Numbered from the stretch's first letter, positions 37,441 through 47,831 are shown. The stretch: DNA of 64,000 nt from an uncultured delta proteobacterium (GCA_963717985.1 CAVQYC010000005.1:265106-329105); one strand, 5' to 3'. Numbers and translations: made by a program. Notes: generated from the sequence alone by a model not told the origin.

Positions 37441-39155
37441 CGTTGCCTAAGATCCCCCGATTTCGATCCAACAGGAGAGATGCGAATGACCGAGAAAAGC
37501 TGATCGGTGTAGACGGCATTGGCAACGGGCCATGGAACCACTGCCAGTTCTGCGCGGTGTTTCTGTGCGACGCGGACGACTTCTTCCGTCCTGCCGCTGC
37601 TCAACGCCTTCTGGGTGTCGGACAATTCATCGACCCATGTGACAGCTTTAGCGGTAACCGCAGCCACGGCAGCCGCCTGTCGCGACCCCACTAGGGTCAA
37701 GTTCAGCAAAGACAGGTCGTCCCGATTGGTCAGCACCCGGGTCCCTGGCCTGGCATTCCGGTCCAGCCATGTCCTAAGTTGTTCAGTGGAGTAATAGAGA
37801 GAACTGGCATTGCCGCCGCCACCAATGCCTAAAGCCGAGCGTGCATTTCGCATCGCAGCCATATCCTGTCCGTTCACGATGCCGGTGTTAGTGGCTACCG
37901 ACAGAAGATACTCCCGCGCCGAGCCTGACATGGACTTCATAAACGCCGGCAACGCCAAGTAGGCTACGACAATAAACATTGCTCCGGCGATTGCTTTTCG
38001 GTCTCCCGGCTCGGTCGCTTTCTCAAAGAGACAGAAGATAAAGTAGATGGACGGGATCATGACGACAGACAGAGCGCGAACCTCTTCGAAGTTAATCGGG
38101 TAAACAGGAAAAAATGACCTGACGATCCACATGAGAGTCTGAGGTCCGAATGACACTACAACCGAACTGAGAAAAAGTCCCGCCATCAGCCGGTCGTTCC
38201 CAGTCAGTCCCTGACGCTTTCGGACAAAGAATCCGGCCACTGCCAGAAGACCAATCAAGGCGTACGACGAAATCATATTGGCCACATTGACGAGGGGCAC
38301 GGGCATATTCCGCCATGGCCGCAGACTGAGCTCGACGTCCCAGGCCACTGCAGGGGTCATCACATCGCCTGGCACCATTGGCAGGATGGATCTCCCTTTG
38401 GCCATCGCGCTAAGTACAGCCACATTGTTCGTGCTGAACCTTGTCTGTTGCAGCGCCAGAAGCGTCAGGCAAGCCAGTCCCAAACCTCCAATAAACCAGA
38501 AGATACGAGCATCAACTTTCCACTTCCGAAGCACGGCAAAGTCCCAGGCCTCCAGCGCAACAAAAATGGCGATGATGTGAAAGGCACTCAGATGAATTGG
38601 GGAGCAAAGCACCAATAGCGAATACACTAGATATTTCGCTGGAGTTTTAGAAAATTGCCAGAAGAACCAGAACGCCAGGATGATCAGGGGCATCACAAGG
38701 GTTCGACTCAGCAACGCCGTCGAATCGGTGACGCCCCATGAGGAAATACCAAAGGAAACCGCAAAGGCGGCCAGGATGGCAAAAAACACGCATTTCCATT
38801 TCAGGTCGGTGAAAAGCGACATCCACAGCTCAAACGCGAACAGGTAAAAGACCGTCGCCACAGCCAGAATGATCCTCATCGAAAGTATATGCGAGCCGGT
38901 ATACGCATGGAGGTAGGCCATCAGGACGGCAAAGTTCCTGACAGAATTCGACTCCTTCCAGTAATCACCCGCCGGCCTCGCCGCCAGAATGGAGTCTGCA
39001 AGTTTGATATAGGAGATGTGATCCCCACCCAAGGGCGGTTGCGGACCCATGGCCACAAAAGTAAGAGCCGAAAATCCAATGTAAAGAGCGAAGGATACCA
39101 GGAGTCCCTTCAACCAACTTGATCTCGCTGCTGCGGTCGTCACATTCATCGTCAT
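37437..39155 (-). CDS. Uncharacterised polytopic membrane protein with a C-terminal soluble domain (polymerase or GT-C candidate)
   Basis: 572 aa. About 12 hydrophobic segments span residues 1-420, followed by a hydrophilic tail of roughly 150 aa. No family motif recognised. Coupled by ATGA overlaps to both neighbours. Confidence 0.5.
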   Translation of the reverse strand: MTMNVTTAAARSSWLKGLLVSFALYIGFSALTFVAMGPQPPLGGDHISYIKLADSILAARPAGDYWKESNSVRNFAVLMAYLHAYTGSHILSMRIILAVATVFYLFAFELWMSLFTDLKWKCVFFAILAAFAVSFGISSWGVTDSTALLSRTLVMPLIILAFWFFWQFSKTPAKYLVYSLLVLCSPIHLSAFHIIAIFVALEAWDFAVLRKWKVDARIFWFIGGLGLACLTLLALQQTRFSTNNVAVLSAMAKGRSILPMVPGDVMTPAVAWDVELSLRPWRNMPVPLVNVANMISSYALIGLLAVAGFFVRKRQGLTGNDRLMAGLFLSSVVVSFGPQTLMWIVRSFFPVYPINFEEVRALSVVMIPSIYFIFCLFEKATEPGDRKAIAGAMFIVVAYLALPAFMKSMSGSAREYLLSVATNTGIVNGQDMAAMRNARSALGIGGGGNASSLYYSTEQLRTWLDRNARPGTRVLTNRDDLSLLNLTLVGSRQAAAVAAVTAKAVTWVDELSDTQKALSSGRTEEVVRVAQKHRAELAVVPWPVANAVYTDQLFSVIRISPVGSKSGDLRQR

Positions 39156-40093
39156 CTCTGCCCCGAAGGAAGCGGACCCGTGGACTTATGCACGACAATT
39201 CCCATGTCAGTGCTAAGATCGACCAGGGCCAGCAGAGAAGGCAGAAGAAATGGTCGGTCAAAGCGATAGACAATTTCAACCCGCCCGAAACCTTTGGCCT
39301 TCAATAACCTCCTGATCGTGCCCGGACTCATGACGTTGATATGCGTCTGCATGTAATACTGATGGATAAGCTCTGTCTCCGCGCTCCGAAACCCAGTCAG
39401 TTTCCGCCAACAGGAACGAAGAGATTCCCGGATAACCACCAGGACATGGTAAACGCCATTGCTGGCCGTCCTATCAACATTTCCATTGGGCGTATGGATC
39501 AGGAGCTTTCCGTCATCTTTCAGAAGATTCTTGAATACGTCCAGAAGGTTCTTGAACTCGCCCTCACCGAGATGTTCAACTACGTCCGACAATAGTATGT
39601 AGTCATACCGATCCTTGAACGGTTCGAGACTATCCACCCTGAAGAATTCCACGGTGCCCGGCATGGCTCCTCGGCAGCGGGCCAGCTTCTCCTTGGCCTT
39701 ATCGATAGCGTCAGTGTCAAAATCCACCCCGTGAACACGAAACCCCATGCTGCCAAGCGCCAGATCGAGTTCGCCGGCTCCACAGCCAAAGTCCATAACC
39801 GCAAGGGATTGCCGTTTTTCGTAATTTTGTAGACGGTCGAATATAAAGCTACAGTAATGATGGATACGGAACCCAGACACAGTTTCTACCGCCGGTAAGC
39901 TATCATGTATTTCCGTGTACTGCTTGTCGTAGATCGACTTCACATCCGAGCTAGTCAATGAACCGTATCGGGCCCGCGCATTCCGTTTTAGAAGGCCGAT
40001 TGTCGCATCGATTCCAATAATCTCTGCCAGGGCAAAGATCATCTTCTTGTCATCAAATACTTTCATGCCACATTCCACTGACAGTTTTTGCAT
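39152..40093 (-). CDS. Class I SAM-dependent methyltransferase
   Basis: Motif I VMDFGCGAG, GVDFD, ILLSDVVEHL and LKDDGKLLI. Confidence 0.8.
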   Translation of the reverse strand: MQKLSVECGMKVFDDKKMIFALAEIIGIDATIGLLKRNARARYGSLTSSDVKSIYDKQYTEIHDSLPAVETVSGFRIHHYCSFIFDRLQNYEKRQSLAVMDFGCGAGELDLALGSMGFRVHGVDFDTDAIDKAKEKLARCRGAMPGTVEFFRVDSLEPFKDRYDYILLSDVVEHLGEGEFKNLLDVFKNLLKDDGKLLIHTPNGNVDRTASNGVYHVLVVIRESLRSCWRKLTGFRSAETELIHQYYMQTHINVMSPGTIRRLLKAKGFGRVEIVYRFDRPFLLPSLLALVDLSTDMGIVVHKSTGPLPSGQR

Positions 40094-40265
40094 TGCGTCT
40101 CAAAAATTGTTGAAGCTCAGAGCGTTCTCCGCTATAAACAATGTACGCTGAAGATATCTTGACTTACTGGGTTCTAAACGGTTGTCTGCAAGGAATTCTA
40201 TGCGATACCGATGTGTGCCGATGAGTCTACCGCCAGTTCGGGTAAAATGCTCACCGCAAGGGGAA

Positions 40266-41732
40266 TTATATGTTTTTATAAAAACGTTGAAAAACCCCAA
40301 ACCACATACGACGCACAAAGAGCCAAAGTTTCTCAACATCATTTATCTTAGGAAAAAAGCCAACAAGGACGTATTTGGGGCTAAGAAATCGTCGTATTCG
40401 GGCTTTGTTGAACCGGCGGACTGCGGAAAGCCTTATTTCTTCCAGTTGCTCTTTTGTAAAATGCAGCGAATCGCATGTTCGCGCAGCGGTTTGGTCCGGC
40501 GCCATCAACCCGTGTTTGATATAATCTTTACCTAAGTCCGTGTGAGAGTACGCGATGGGTAACACAATATTGACGGCATCGACGTTGAGCTTTTCGATAA
40601 ACTGAATTGTAGTTTCGATGTCTTCTTTTGTCTCTTTTGGAAATCCTAGAATAATATTCGTTTTGGTCCAGAATCCGAGTTGATTGGCTTTATCGATAAT
40701 TTCCACACCTTTTGCGAGGTTGATTGGTTTCCGGATGTATTTTACAGTCTTGGGGTTTCCTGTTTCAAATTGTGGATTAATAACATACAGGCCACTTCGT
40801 TTGAATTTGATGAGCAATTCTTCATCGAGTAAATGAAGATTGACTCCCGGTGGAATCTGGTAACGGATGTCTAACCCACGGTTTATGATTTCATCACATA
40901 TTCCAATAACACGGGACCGATCTGCAGTAAAACTATCGTCGTTAATCAAGAACTCACGGACCCCATACTCATTGTGCAGGTGCGCCATTTCATCAACAAC
41001 ATTCTTTGGGGAGTTTCCTCGGAACTTCCTTCCCCACAGCAAAGTAGTGCTGCAAAAAATGCAGTTAAAAGGACAGGCTCGGCTAGTCATGATGGATGCG
41101 ACAGGGTGCCTCATGTAATAATATCTCGGCCGATGTTTGAAATAATTGTGCATTGGCAGAAGGTGCCGGGCAGGAAAAGGGAGGCTTTCGATGTTGACTG
41201 GTTCTCTTTCTGCTGTTTTGACCGGCACCTCGTCCTTATTTTTGAATACGATTCCTCTGATCGACTCAAGGGGGGACTGGATCTCAATACTCTCAAGGAG
41301 TTCGACAACGGTTCTTTCCCCCTCACCCATGACAATGATGTCGATGGAGGGTTCCTTGATACATCTTTTCCATTCAAGGGTTGCATGAGCCCCTCCAACC
41401 ATCAGCAGGACATCAGGTTTGATCCTTTTGATCTCTTTTAGGAAGGAAATAATCTCCTGTGCATACAAAGACGTAATAAGCGAAACGCCAACAATGTCTG
41501 GGTCTCTTTCTTTCACCATGGCCAAAAGTTCTTCCACAGGTAGACCAATCCGGAGTGTATCGTTCTCTTTATCGAAGGCGTGAGACAATCCGACACTGTC
41601 AATGATTTCAACGTGATGCTTTGTGCTGCGCTCGATGACGGCGGCAATATAGGCAAGTCCCAGTGGCTCTCCAAAAGATAAACCAAGGGAGAAGAAAGTA
41701 TGATACGTTGGATTTATCAGTAGGACGTTCAT
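40266..41732 (-). CDS. B12-binding-domain radical SAM enzyme (class B type)
   Basis: N-terminal cobalamin-binding-like Rossmann region (VLLINP..., IVGVSLITS, LMVGGAHAT), then the radical SAM cluster motif CPFNCIFC (CxxxCxxC). Confidence 0.8.
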   Translation of the reverse strand: MNVLLINPTYHTFFSLGLSFGEPLGLAYIAAVIERSTKHHVEIIDSVGLSHAFDKENDTLRIGLPVEELLAMVKERDPDIVGVSLITSLYAQEIISFLKEIKRIKPDVLLMVGGAHATLEWKRCIKEPSIDIIVMGEGERTVVELLESIEIQSPLESIRGIVFKNKDEVPVKTAEREPVNIESLPFPARHLLPMHNYFKHRPRYYYMRHPVASIMTSRACPFNCIFCSTTLLWGRKFRGNSPKNVVDEMAHLHNEYGVREFLINDDSFTADRSRVIGICDEIINRGLDIRYQIPPGVNLHLLDEELLIKFKRSGLYVINPQFETGNPKTVKYIRKPINLAKGVEIIDKANQLGFWTKTNIILGFPKETKEDIETTIQFIEKLNVDAVNIVLPIAYSHTDLGKDYIKHGLMAPDQTAARTCDSLHFTKEQLEEIRLSAVRRFNKARIRRFLSPKYVLVGFFPKINDVEKLWLFVRRMWFGVFQRFYKNI

Positions 41733-41892
41733 ACGGATCGTTTTGTTATGGTCTTTAACACAACTAACCCTCTGTCAGCGAGGTTTCCACAGGCATACGA
41801 AACAACGCATGCTGAAGATGGGTGTGCTTGCCGGAGTGTCACGGAGGGGCTATCTGTGAAAAGCCCTTGTGGATAAGTTTTACGCCTCTCCC

Positions 41893-42897
41893 TCAAGCAG
41901 GTCGAGGTCTCCGGGTCGCTCTCCAGGGGAAAAGATCGGCGATTTGAACGAGGCCGCCCGCCATGGCTGTTATCACCAGGAGAGCAAGTGACAACCATGC
42001 AAAGGCCACCCCCGCCTGTCCATCGCCCCAGAAGGACTGAAAAAAGGCGAGAGAGAACCAATCTCGCAAGCCAAGCCCTGATATGGTCACTGGAAGGGAA
42101 ACAAGCACTGCAAGCACGGAGTAGAACACCACCACCTCGATCGTGCGGCAGCCCACGCCCAGCCCTCGGATTACAAGATAAAATGACAGCACACCCAGGC
42201 AGTGTATGAGCATACTGTATCCCATTGCTTTCAGAAGCAGACAAGGCTGACGCCTGTAAAGCTGCAGGGTATCGAAAGCCTGGCTGAAGAAAGCCAGGAT
42301 TCTATTGGAGGGACGCCGGCCTATTTCACGCCTGCCGAGCGCCTTTCCTACTAGACCTGCCCCGCAAGCTCCAAACAATAGTGCTAAGGCTCCGGCAGTG
42401 AATCCGTACCTGCCAAGCTTTTTCAAGTAGGGGTTCAAGGTCCCGTCGCCGAGCGCCAGAATCGCGCAGCTTATGACAAAGAAGACGAGCAGTGTGTAGA
42501 GACCGATGATCCTATCCATTGCTATCGACAAAGGTAGCTCCCCAACACGGGCATCCTTGTTCTTGAGCGCCAGCGAAGCACCCTTGGCCACGTCGCCGGA
42601 AACCACCCCGGGCAGGATTGCACCGTAGAACACCCCAATCCAATTGTATCTGAGAGTCTGCGCGTATGAAAGCAGGTCACCTGAAAGTATCTGCCAGCGA
42701 CGAGCGGCCAGAAAGAGGATAACCACGAAGCACATCAGAGAAGCTCCCGGAAAAACCAACCCCACGCTCCTAACTCGAGACACAACCTCTACCACATCAA
42801 CTTTTCTCAGAACAAGAAAGACTAGAATTGCCGATAGCAGGGCCTTGCCAATAAATATAGCGACTACCTTGACTTTCTTCATTCCCATTCGGCTCAA
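41893..42897 (-). CDS. Flippase-like / LPG-synthase-TM (UPF0104) family membrane protein
   Basis: The N-terminus KALLSAILVFLVLRKVDVVEV and about 8 TM segments fit the TIGR00374-type family. The frame opens with TTG at 42897, overlapping the upstream stop; ATG alternatives are at 42888 and 42882. Confidence 0.6.
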   Translation of the reverse strand: MSRMGMKKVKVVAIFIGKALLSAILVFLVLRKVDVVEVVSRVRSVGLVFPGASLMCFVVILFLAARRWQILSGDLLSYAQTLRYNWIGVFYGAILPGVVSGDVAKGASLALKNKDARVGELPLSIAMDRIIGLYTLLVFFVISCAILALGDGTLNPYLKKLGRYGFTAGALALLFGACGAGLVGKALGRREIGRRPSNRILAFFSQAFDTLQLYRRQPCLLLKAMGYSMLIHCLGVLSFYLVIRGLGVGCRTIEVVVFYSVLAVLVSLPVTISGLGLRDWFSLAFFQSFWGDGQAGVAFAWLSLALLVITAMAGGLVQIADLFPWRATRRPRPA

Positions 42898-44021
42898 GAG
42901 AGTAACCTTATGAATCTTTCTGCGATACTGTCCCAGGAATAACTTTTTACAGCCCTTCGTCTGCCTCGGTCCCCCATTGTCGAGGCGCCCTCGGGATCTC
43001 GCGCTATTTTCGCCAAGGCATCAAAACACGCATCAGGCTTCTTGAGGTCAAAAATATATCCATTCTGACCATCCTTTATCAGAGTATTGTTTCCAGGTAT
43101 GTCACTTGCTACCACCGGCAATCCGCTCGCCATGGCTTCCAGCACGGTATTGGGCATGCCTTCATAGAGGGACGGGTTCACGAAGCAACTCGAAGTCGCA
43201 TACAGTCCTCTCAGTTGGTCTTTATTTGTCCATCCATACCACGTCACGGATCCTTCAAGACCCACTTTAGCCGCATATGTTTCTAACTCCCCCCTCTGGG
43301 GTCCATCTCCAACCATGCGCAATGACACTTTCCCCGGGAACGCTGATTTCAGCTTCGAACATTGATCCAGCAGATAAAAGAGGTTCTTTTGCACTACAAA
43401 CCGCCCTGCAAACAAAATATGGAAGCCATTAATGTGCGGTTCATGTTTTGCCGGGGCAAAATAGTCCGTGTCGACTCCGTTGGGTATGACGCCTACGGGA
43501 TAAGGGTCTGCAGCCATTGATAGATTGGCCAATCCGTCATCGTTGGCGATAATGGCTGATGCGTTTCGCAGAATCAACCGCCTTATCGGCCTGGTAATTC
43601 GATGAATCCTTTCAAGTTCTGGTGCCCACCCTGGAACCTCACCGCCCCTCAGAAGAATCACGTATGGAATCCCGTGTCTTTTTTTCAGCCAATACCCCAA
43701 TGCGCCGGAAGGCAGAGTGAAGAACGCCATCGTTCTCTGTATGCCGTGTTTTCGCACAAGGCGATCGGCGCGAATAGCCGCAGCAGCCGGGAAAAGCATC
43801 ATTTCCATTATCCGTGCCCTGTCTATGGATCTCCTAAGAACCGGGACTCTATAAACTTGAAGCCCTTCTTCGTCTCTGTATCCCCTCAAATCGGCGAAAG
43901 ACGATGTCAAGACCACCGTATTGATTCCCATTCGGCAAAAGGCCCTGCCCAGAGAGAAAGTGGCGTTGCTTGCACCACCGCCAATTGGCGGATACTCATA
44001 ATTAACAAGCAGCAGATTCAT
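42894..44021 (-). CDS. Family 4 (GT-B, group 1) glycosyltransferase
   Basis: MNLLLVNYEYPPIGGGASN N-terminus and an E-x7-E region YEGMPNTVLEAMASGLPVVASD. Confidence 0.85.
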   Translation of the reverse strand: MNLLLVNYEYPPIGGGASNATFSLGRAFCRMGINTVVLTSSFADLRGYRDEEGLQVYRVPVLRRSIDRARIMEMMLFPAAAAIRADRLVRKHGIQRTMAFFTLPSGALGYWLKKRHGIPYVILLRGGEVPGWAPELERIHRITRPIRRLILRNASAIIANDDGLANLSMAADPYPVGVIPNGVDTDYFAPAKHEPHINGFHILFAGRFVVQKNLFYLLDQCSKLKSAFPGKVSLRMVGDGPQRGELETYAAKVGLEGSVTWYGWTNKDQLRGLYATSSCFVNPSLYEGMPNTVLEAMASGLPVVASDIPGNNTLIKDGQNGYIFDLKKPDACFDALAKIARDPEGASTMGDRGRRRAVKSYSWDSIAERFIRLLS

Positions 44022-44030
44022 CTATTGACA

Positions 44031-44915
44031 CTAGGAGACCTTATAAATGTTGGACACGTTTTGGTTCATGGCCCTTTTTCTTAATACAAATATATGACAT
44101 GAACTCCCTAATATATAGCTAAGATGCCTCCTGAGTTTAAGTGATAGTGCCGACCCAAGAATCCCATACCCTGTATAAAACAATCTATTCGTAAATATCT
44201 TTTCTATTTTCCAGTCGGTAATTGTAAACAGTTTAACCCATTTATGTCTGCTGAAATGATACAATTCGGTAAATGCAGTACCGATTTCTCCATGCCTAGG
44301 TGCGAGCGCCATTCTTCTAAGTAGATAACCAAGGCTCAAGTGTTGTATTCTTGACAGATCGTTGGTTTTGGCGACATTTTCCGCTTCGCCAGAACTATCT
44401 TCACTTTTTGACGACGCTAGTTGTTTGATAATGATGTTTTTGATGGTTTTGATTACAAACCCGTAGTGTGCCACATTTGTCCAAAATCGCCAACTCCCGC
44501 TGGGGACTATATTGATAGAAAGGCCATCTGATTTCAATACTCTCTTAATTTCATGTTGAAACGCTATAACATGAGGGACATGTTCTAATACGTTTGAGGT
44601 GAACACAATATCAAAATAATCATCTGGAAAGGGGATATGTTTACCGTCATAGTTTGTTATAGGCCAAATCCTACCTTTTGAGTAATTACTACTGTCAATA
44701 TCTATTGCCTCGACGGAATGACCGTTCTCACTTAGTTTTTGTGACTGCCATCCCGAGCCGGCTCCGATTTCCAATATGATATTTCGTCCAGGCTTTTCTA
44801 TTTTTATCTCAGATAATACACACTCAAGTTCCAATAAACGTATTGACTCAAGATACTCTAAAGTCATTAATGAATCCCGAAAAGCAGCCACGAATACCCT
44901 ATTATTTTGTATCAT
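44031..44915 (-). CDS. Class I SAM-dependent methyltransferase
   Basis: Motif I ILEIGAGSG, AIDID and FDIVFTSNVLEHV. The ATG at 44915 is preceded by GGAGG. The ORF track extends the frame to 45014. Confidence 0.8.
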   Translation of the reverse strand: MIQNNRVFVAAFRDSLMTLEYLESIRLLELECVLSEIKIEKPGRNIILEIGAGSGWQSQKLSENGHSVEAIDIDSSNYSKGRIWPITNYDGKHIPFPDDYFDIVFTSNVLEHVPHVIAFQHEIKRVLKSDGLSINIVPSGSWRFWTNVAHYGFVIKTIKNIIIKQLASSKSEDSSGEAENVAKTNDLSRIQHLSLGYLLRRMALAPRHGEIGTAFTELYHFSRHKWVKLFTITDWKIEKIFTNRLFYTGYGILGSALSLKLRRHLSYILGSSCHIFVLRKRAMNQNVSNIYKVS

Positions 44916-44949
44916 GGTGTGCCACCTCCGTCCGAAATAATGAGATGGT

Positions 44950-46809
44950 CTATCCAGCCGGTTCGTTCCATCGCGACAAAAGCCACGCATTCCAGAGAAA
45001 CGCGCGGTGATCATGGCGGCTGCTCCGATGCTCTTCGATCATGCGTTTCGTGAATGCGGCGTTGATTAAGCCGGTGCCGTCGGTTCCATCAACCGCGAAA
45101 TTGCCGTTCTGAAACCATTTGCCGATGGGAACTCCGAAGCCTTTTTTGGAGCGGTAGAGGATGCTGCCGGGGAGTACCGGCTCAAGAGCCTTCTTGAGTA
45201 TGTATTTGGATTGTCCCCTCCTGCACTTATAGTCACTGGGGATTCGCCGAACAAAATCGACGAGATCGATGTCAAGAAAGGGGGCACGGACCTCCAGAGA
45301 GTTCATCATGCTGGCGCGGTCTACCTTGACCAGGATATCATCCTGCAAATAAAGTTTTGTGTAAAACTGCAGCGTCTTGTCGGTCAGGTTATCCTGGGGA
45401 CAATTTTCCCAGTGCTCGATGGCCTCGGCATACACTTCCTCAAGGTCGACCGGTTCGTTGAACAGCTCCGCAAGATCGGTGGGATCAAGCGGCCCAAGCC
45501 ACACCGCGTTCCAGAATCGGCAAGGGTAGCTCAATCCGCGGAGGGTCCGCTTTATTCTGAAGTCAAGACTCATGTTTCGATGGGAGGTAGGTAGGCGAGC
45601 CATCACCATCCGGATCGCGGCATGAATCGGCTTCGGGACCAGGCGACCATATAGTTCGGCCCAGTAGAGTGCTTTGAATGGATCATAGCCGGCGAACAAC
45701 TCGTCTGCACCATCGCCACCGAGAGCCACTGTGACCTGCCTTCGTGCCTCCCTGCAGAGCAAGAATGTGGGTAGGATGGAGCTGTCACCCATGGGTTCGT
45801 CAAGTTTGCCGGCAATGTCGTCCAACAGCGACGCCGATCTCTCCAGAGAAAGGAATTCGAGGACATGGTCCGTCCCGAGAAAGGATGCTACTTGCCGTGA
45901 ATAGCTGGATTCATCAAATGATGGTTCCTCAAAACCGATTGAGAATGACTTGATCCTGTCTCCCGCGGAAGAAACCGCGAAAGCGGCAATTGAGGAAGAG
46001 TCGATTCCGCCGCTGAGGAAAATACCCAGCGGAACATCCGACATAAGTCTACGCTTGACGGCTCGCTGCAAGAGGTCGCGAATGGCCTCTCCCCATTCAC
46101 TCTCCGGGTTTTGTGGGATCTTCTCGAAAGGTTCTATCGCAAGGTCCCAGTATTTTGTGATCTCAACCTCCATCCGGGGCAGGCTTAGGAGCAGGTTGTA
46201 TCCACCCGGCAGCTTGAGAATCTTGTGATACAAGGACCAGGGGGCCGGAATGTATCCGTAGGCAAAGTATTTCTTAAGGCTCATCGGGTTGATACTTGTC
46301 ACTATAGACGGATGCTTGACGAGTGAACTCAGCTCGGAGGCGAAGGCAAATGTTCCATTCTGAAGTGAATAAAAGAGCGGCTTCTTGCCAAAACGGTCGC
46401 GACTGATAAATATCTCCTGCTTCTGCCGGTCATAAATAGCGAATGCCCACATACCGTTCAGCCTCTGGGGCAGACCGTCGCCCCACTCCCGGTATCCGTG
46501 GAGTAAGACCTCCGTGTCCGAATGGTCTGACGAGAATCGGTGGCCGGCGTCGGTCAGGGCTGCACGAAGGTCGACATGGTTGTAAATCTCCCCATTGAAG
46601 ACCACGCCGAGGGCTCCGTCGGCCGTCCACATCGGCTGATTTCCACCTGCCAGATCGATGATGGAAAGCCTGCGATGCCCGAGATATACGGCTTTCTTTT
46701 CATCGCTCCACAGCCCCTCAGCATCAGGGCCACGGTGGGTCATAGCCCTTGACATACGTGTCAGGTCCTGCAAATCGCCTTGACCGACAAAACCGCAAAT
46801 GCCGCACAT
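44950..46809 (-). CDS. asnB: Asparagine synthase (glutamine-hydrolysing) family amidotransferase
   Basis: N-terminal nucleophile MCGICG, the Ntn glutaminase domain and the PP-loop FLSGGIDSS. Confidence 0.9.
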   Translation of the reverse strand: MCGICGFVGQGDLQDLTRMSRAMTHRGPDAEGLWSDEKKAVYLGHRRLSIIDLAGGNQPMWTADGALGVVFNGEIYNHVDLRAALTDAGHRFSSDHSDTEVLLHGYREWGDGLPQRLNGMWAFAIYDRQKQEIFISRDRFGKKPLFYSLQNGTFAFASELSSLVKHPSIVTSINPMSLKKYFAYGYIPAPWSLYHKILKLPGGYNLLLSLPRMEVEITKYWDLAIEPFEKIPQNPESEWGEAIRDLLQRAVKRRLMSDVPLGIFLSGGIDSSSIAAFAVSSAGDRIKSFSIGFEEPSFDESSYSRQVASFLGTDHVLEFLSLERSASLLDDIAGKLDEPMGDSSILPTFLLCREARRQVTVALGGDGADELFAGYDPFKALYWAELYGRLVPKPIHAAIRMVMARLPTSHRNMSLDFRIKRTLRGLSYPCRFWNAVWLGPLDPTDLAELFNEPVDLEEVYAEAIEHWENCPQDNLTDKTLQFYTKLYLQDDILVKVDRASMMNSLEVRAPFLDIDLVDFVRRIPSDYKCRRGQSKYILKKALEPVLPGSILYRSKKGFGVPIGKWFQNGNFAVDGTDGTGLINAAFTKRMIEEHRSSRHDHRAFLWNAWLLSRWNEPAG

Positions 46810-46811
46810 AA

Positions 46812-47831
46812 TCAATTGCCTTCAAAGTTACGGGATTCCGAGACGGAATATACCGGTTTCTGCTGGGATTCGTGATAGGTCCTGATAAGAATCTCAGCTA
46901 TCAGACCCATAAGAACGCACATGACGCCGGTGATGCTGCACATTATGAAGAGCAGGGGTAAAGGGGTTGAGATAAAAGCTTTGCCGTGGAAGAGCTTGTA
47001 GTACAGGCTGGCAACAGCCGAGCAAAATGCGGCCATGAGATTCAGGATTCCAAAGACACCGAAGACGTAAATCGGTTTCTGGGCATATTTGGCAAAAAAC
47101 TTTACCACGATGAGATCGAGGAGCACCTTGACCGCCCTTTCAATCCCGTACTTCGACTTGCCGTGTATCCTTGCATGGTGATTGACGGGGATCTCCGTGA
47201 CTCTCGCCCCTTCCCAAAAGGCATATATGGGGATGAAACGATGCATCTCGCCGTAAAGCTTGACCTCTTTTATAACCTCTTTTCTGTAAGCTTTAAGGGA
47301 GCAGCCGTAGTCGTGGAGATGGACCCCGGAAATCCAGGATATCAGGAAATTGGCAATGCGACTGGGCAGGTTGCGCCTCAAGGCATGGTCTTTGCGGTTC
47401 TTACGCCATCCCGAGCACACGTCGTACCCTTCTTCCAGCTTGGCAAGCAAAAGCGGTATATCCTGCGGGTCGTTTTGGAGGTCTCCATCCATGGGAACCA
47501 GCACATCCCCCGAGGAAAAATCGATTCCCGCCATCATCGCCGCCGTTTGACCAAAATTTCTCCGGAAGTGGATCACTTTTACCCGGAGGTCCCTTTCGGC
47601 CAGTTTGTCCAGGGTACTCTTAGTTCCGTCGGTAGATCCGTCGTTAATGAAAATCAATTCGAACGGGCAACCAAGGATTGGCGCCACATTCAACACCATT
47701 TCATAAAGGGGCAGGATATTTTGTTCCTCATTGTAAACAGGTACGATGAAAGATAGAAGCCCGAGCCATGAGGGGTCAGTCATGGTTCTTGCCCGGGGCG
47801 CGTCTGCATCAAAGGGATGAGGGGTTTTCAT
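46812..47831 (-). CDS. GT2 polyprenyl-phosphate glycosyltransferase (GtrB/ArnC/DPM1-like)
   Basis: VPVYNEE, INDGSTDGT, MDGDLQNDP and two C-terminal TM helices. The ATG at 47831 forms an ATGA overlap with the upstream gene. Confidence 0.8.
   Translation of the reverse strand: MKTPHPFDADAPRARTMTDPSWLGLLSFIVPVYNEEQNILPLYEMVLNVAPILGCPFELIFINDGSTDGTKSTLDKLAERDLRVKVIHFRRNFGQTAAMMAGIDFSSGDVLVPMDGDLQNDPQDIPLLLAKLEEGYDVCSGWRKNRKDHALRRNLPSRIANFLISWISGVHLHDYGCSLKAYRKEVIKEVKLYGEMHRFIPIYAFWEGARVTEIPVNHHARIHGKSKYGIERAVKVLLDLIVVKFFAKYAQKPIYVFGVFGILNLMAAFCSAVASLYYKLFHGKAFISTPLPLLFIMCSITGVMCVLMGLIAEILIRTYHESQQKPVYSVSESRNFEGN

Noticed and set aside
41729-42244. 171-aa minus-strand ORF overlapping the 3' end of the flippase-like gene in another frame
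   Set aside because: The translation is Arg/Ser/Gly-rich and low in complexity. The overlapping frame 41893-42897 gives a coherent multi-TM protein.
46986-47756. 256-aa plus-strand ORF opposite the GtrB-like gene
   Set aside because: The opposite strand encodes a GT2 with all its hallmark motifs (VPVYNEE, DGSTDGT, DGDLQND). The plus-strand product has none.
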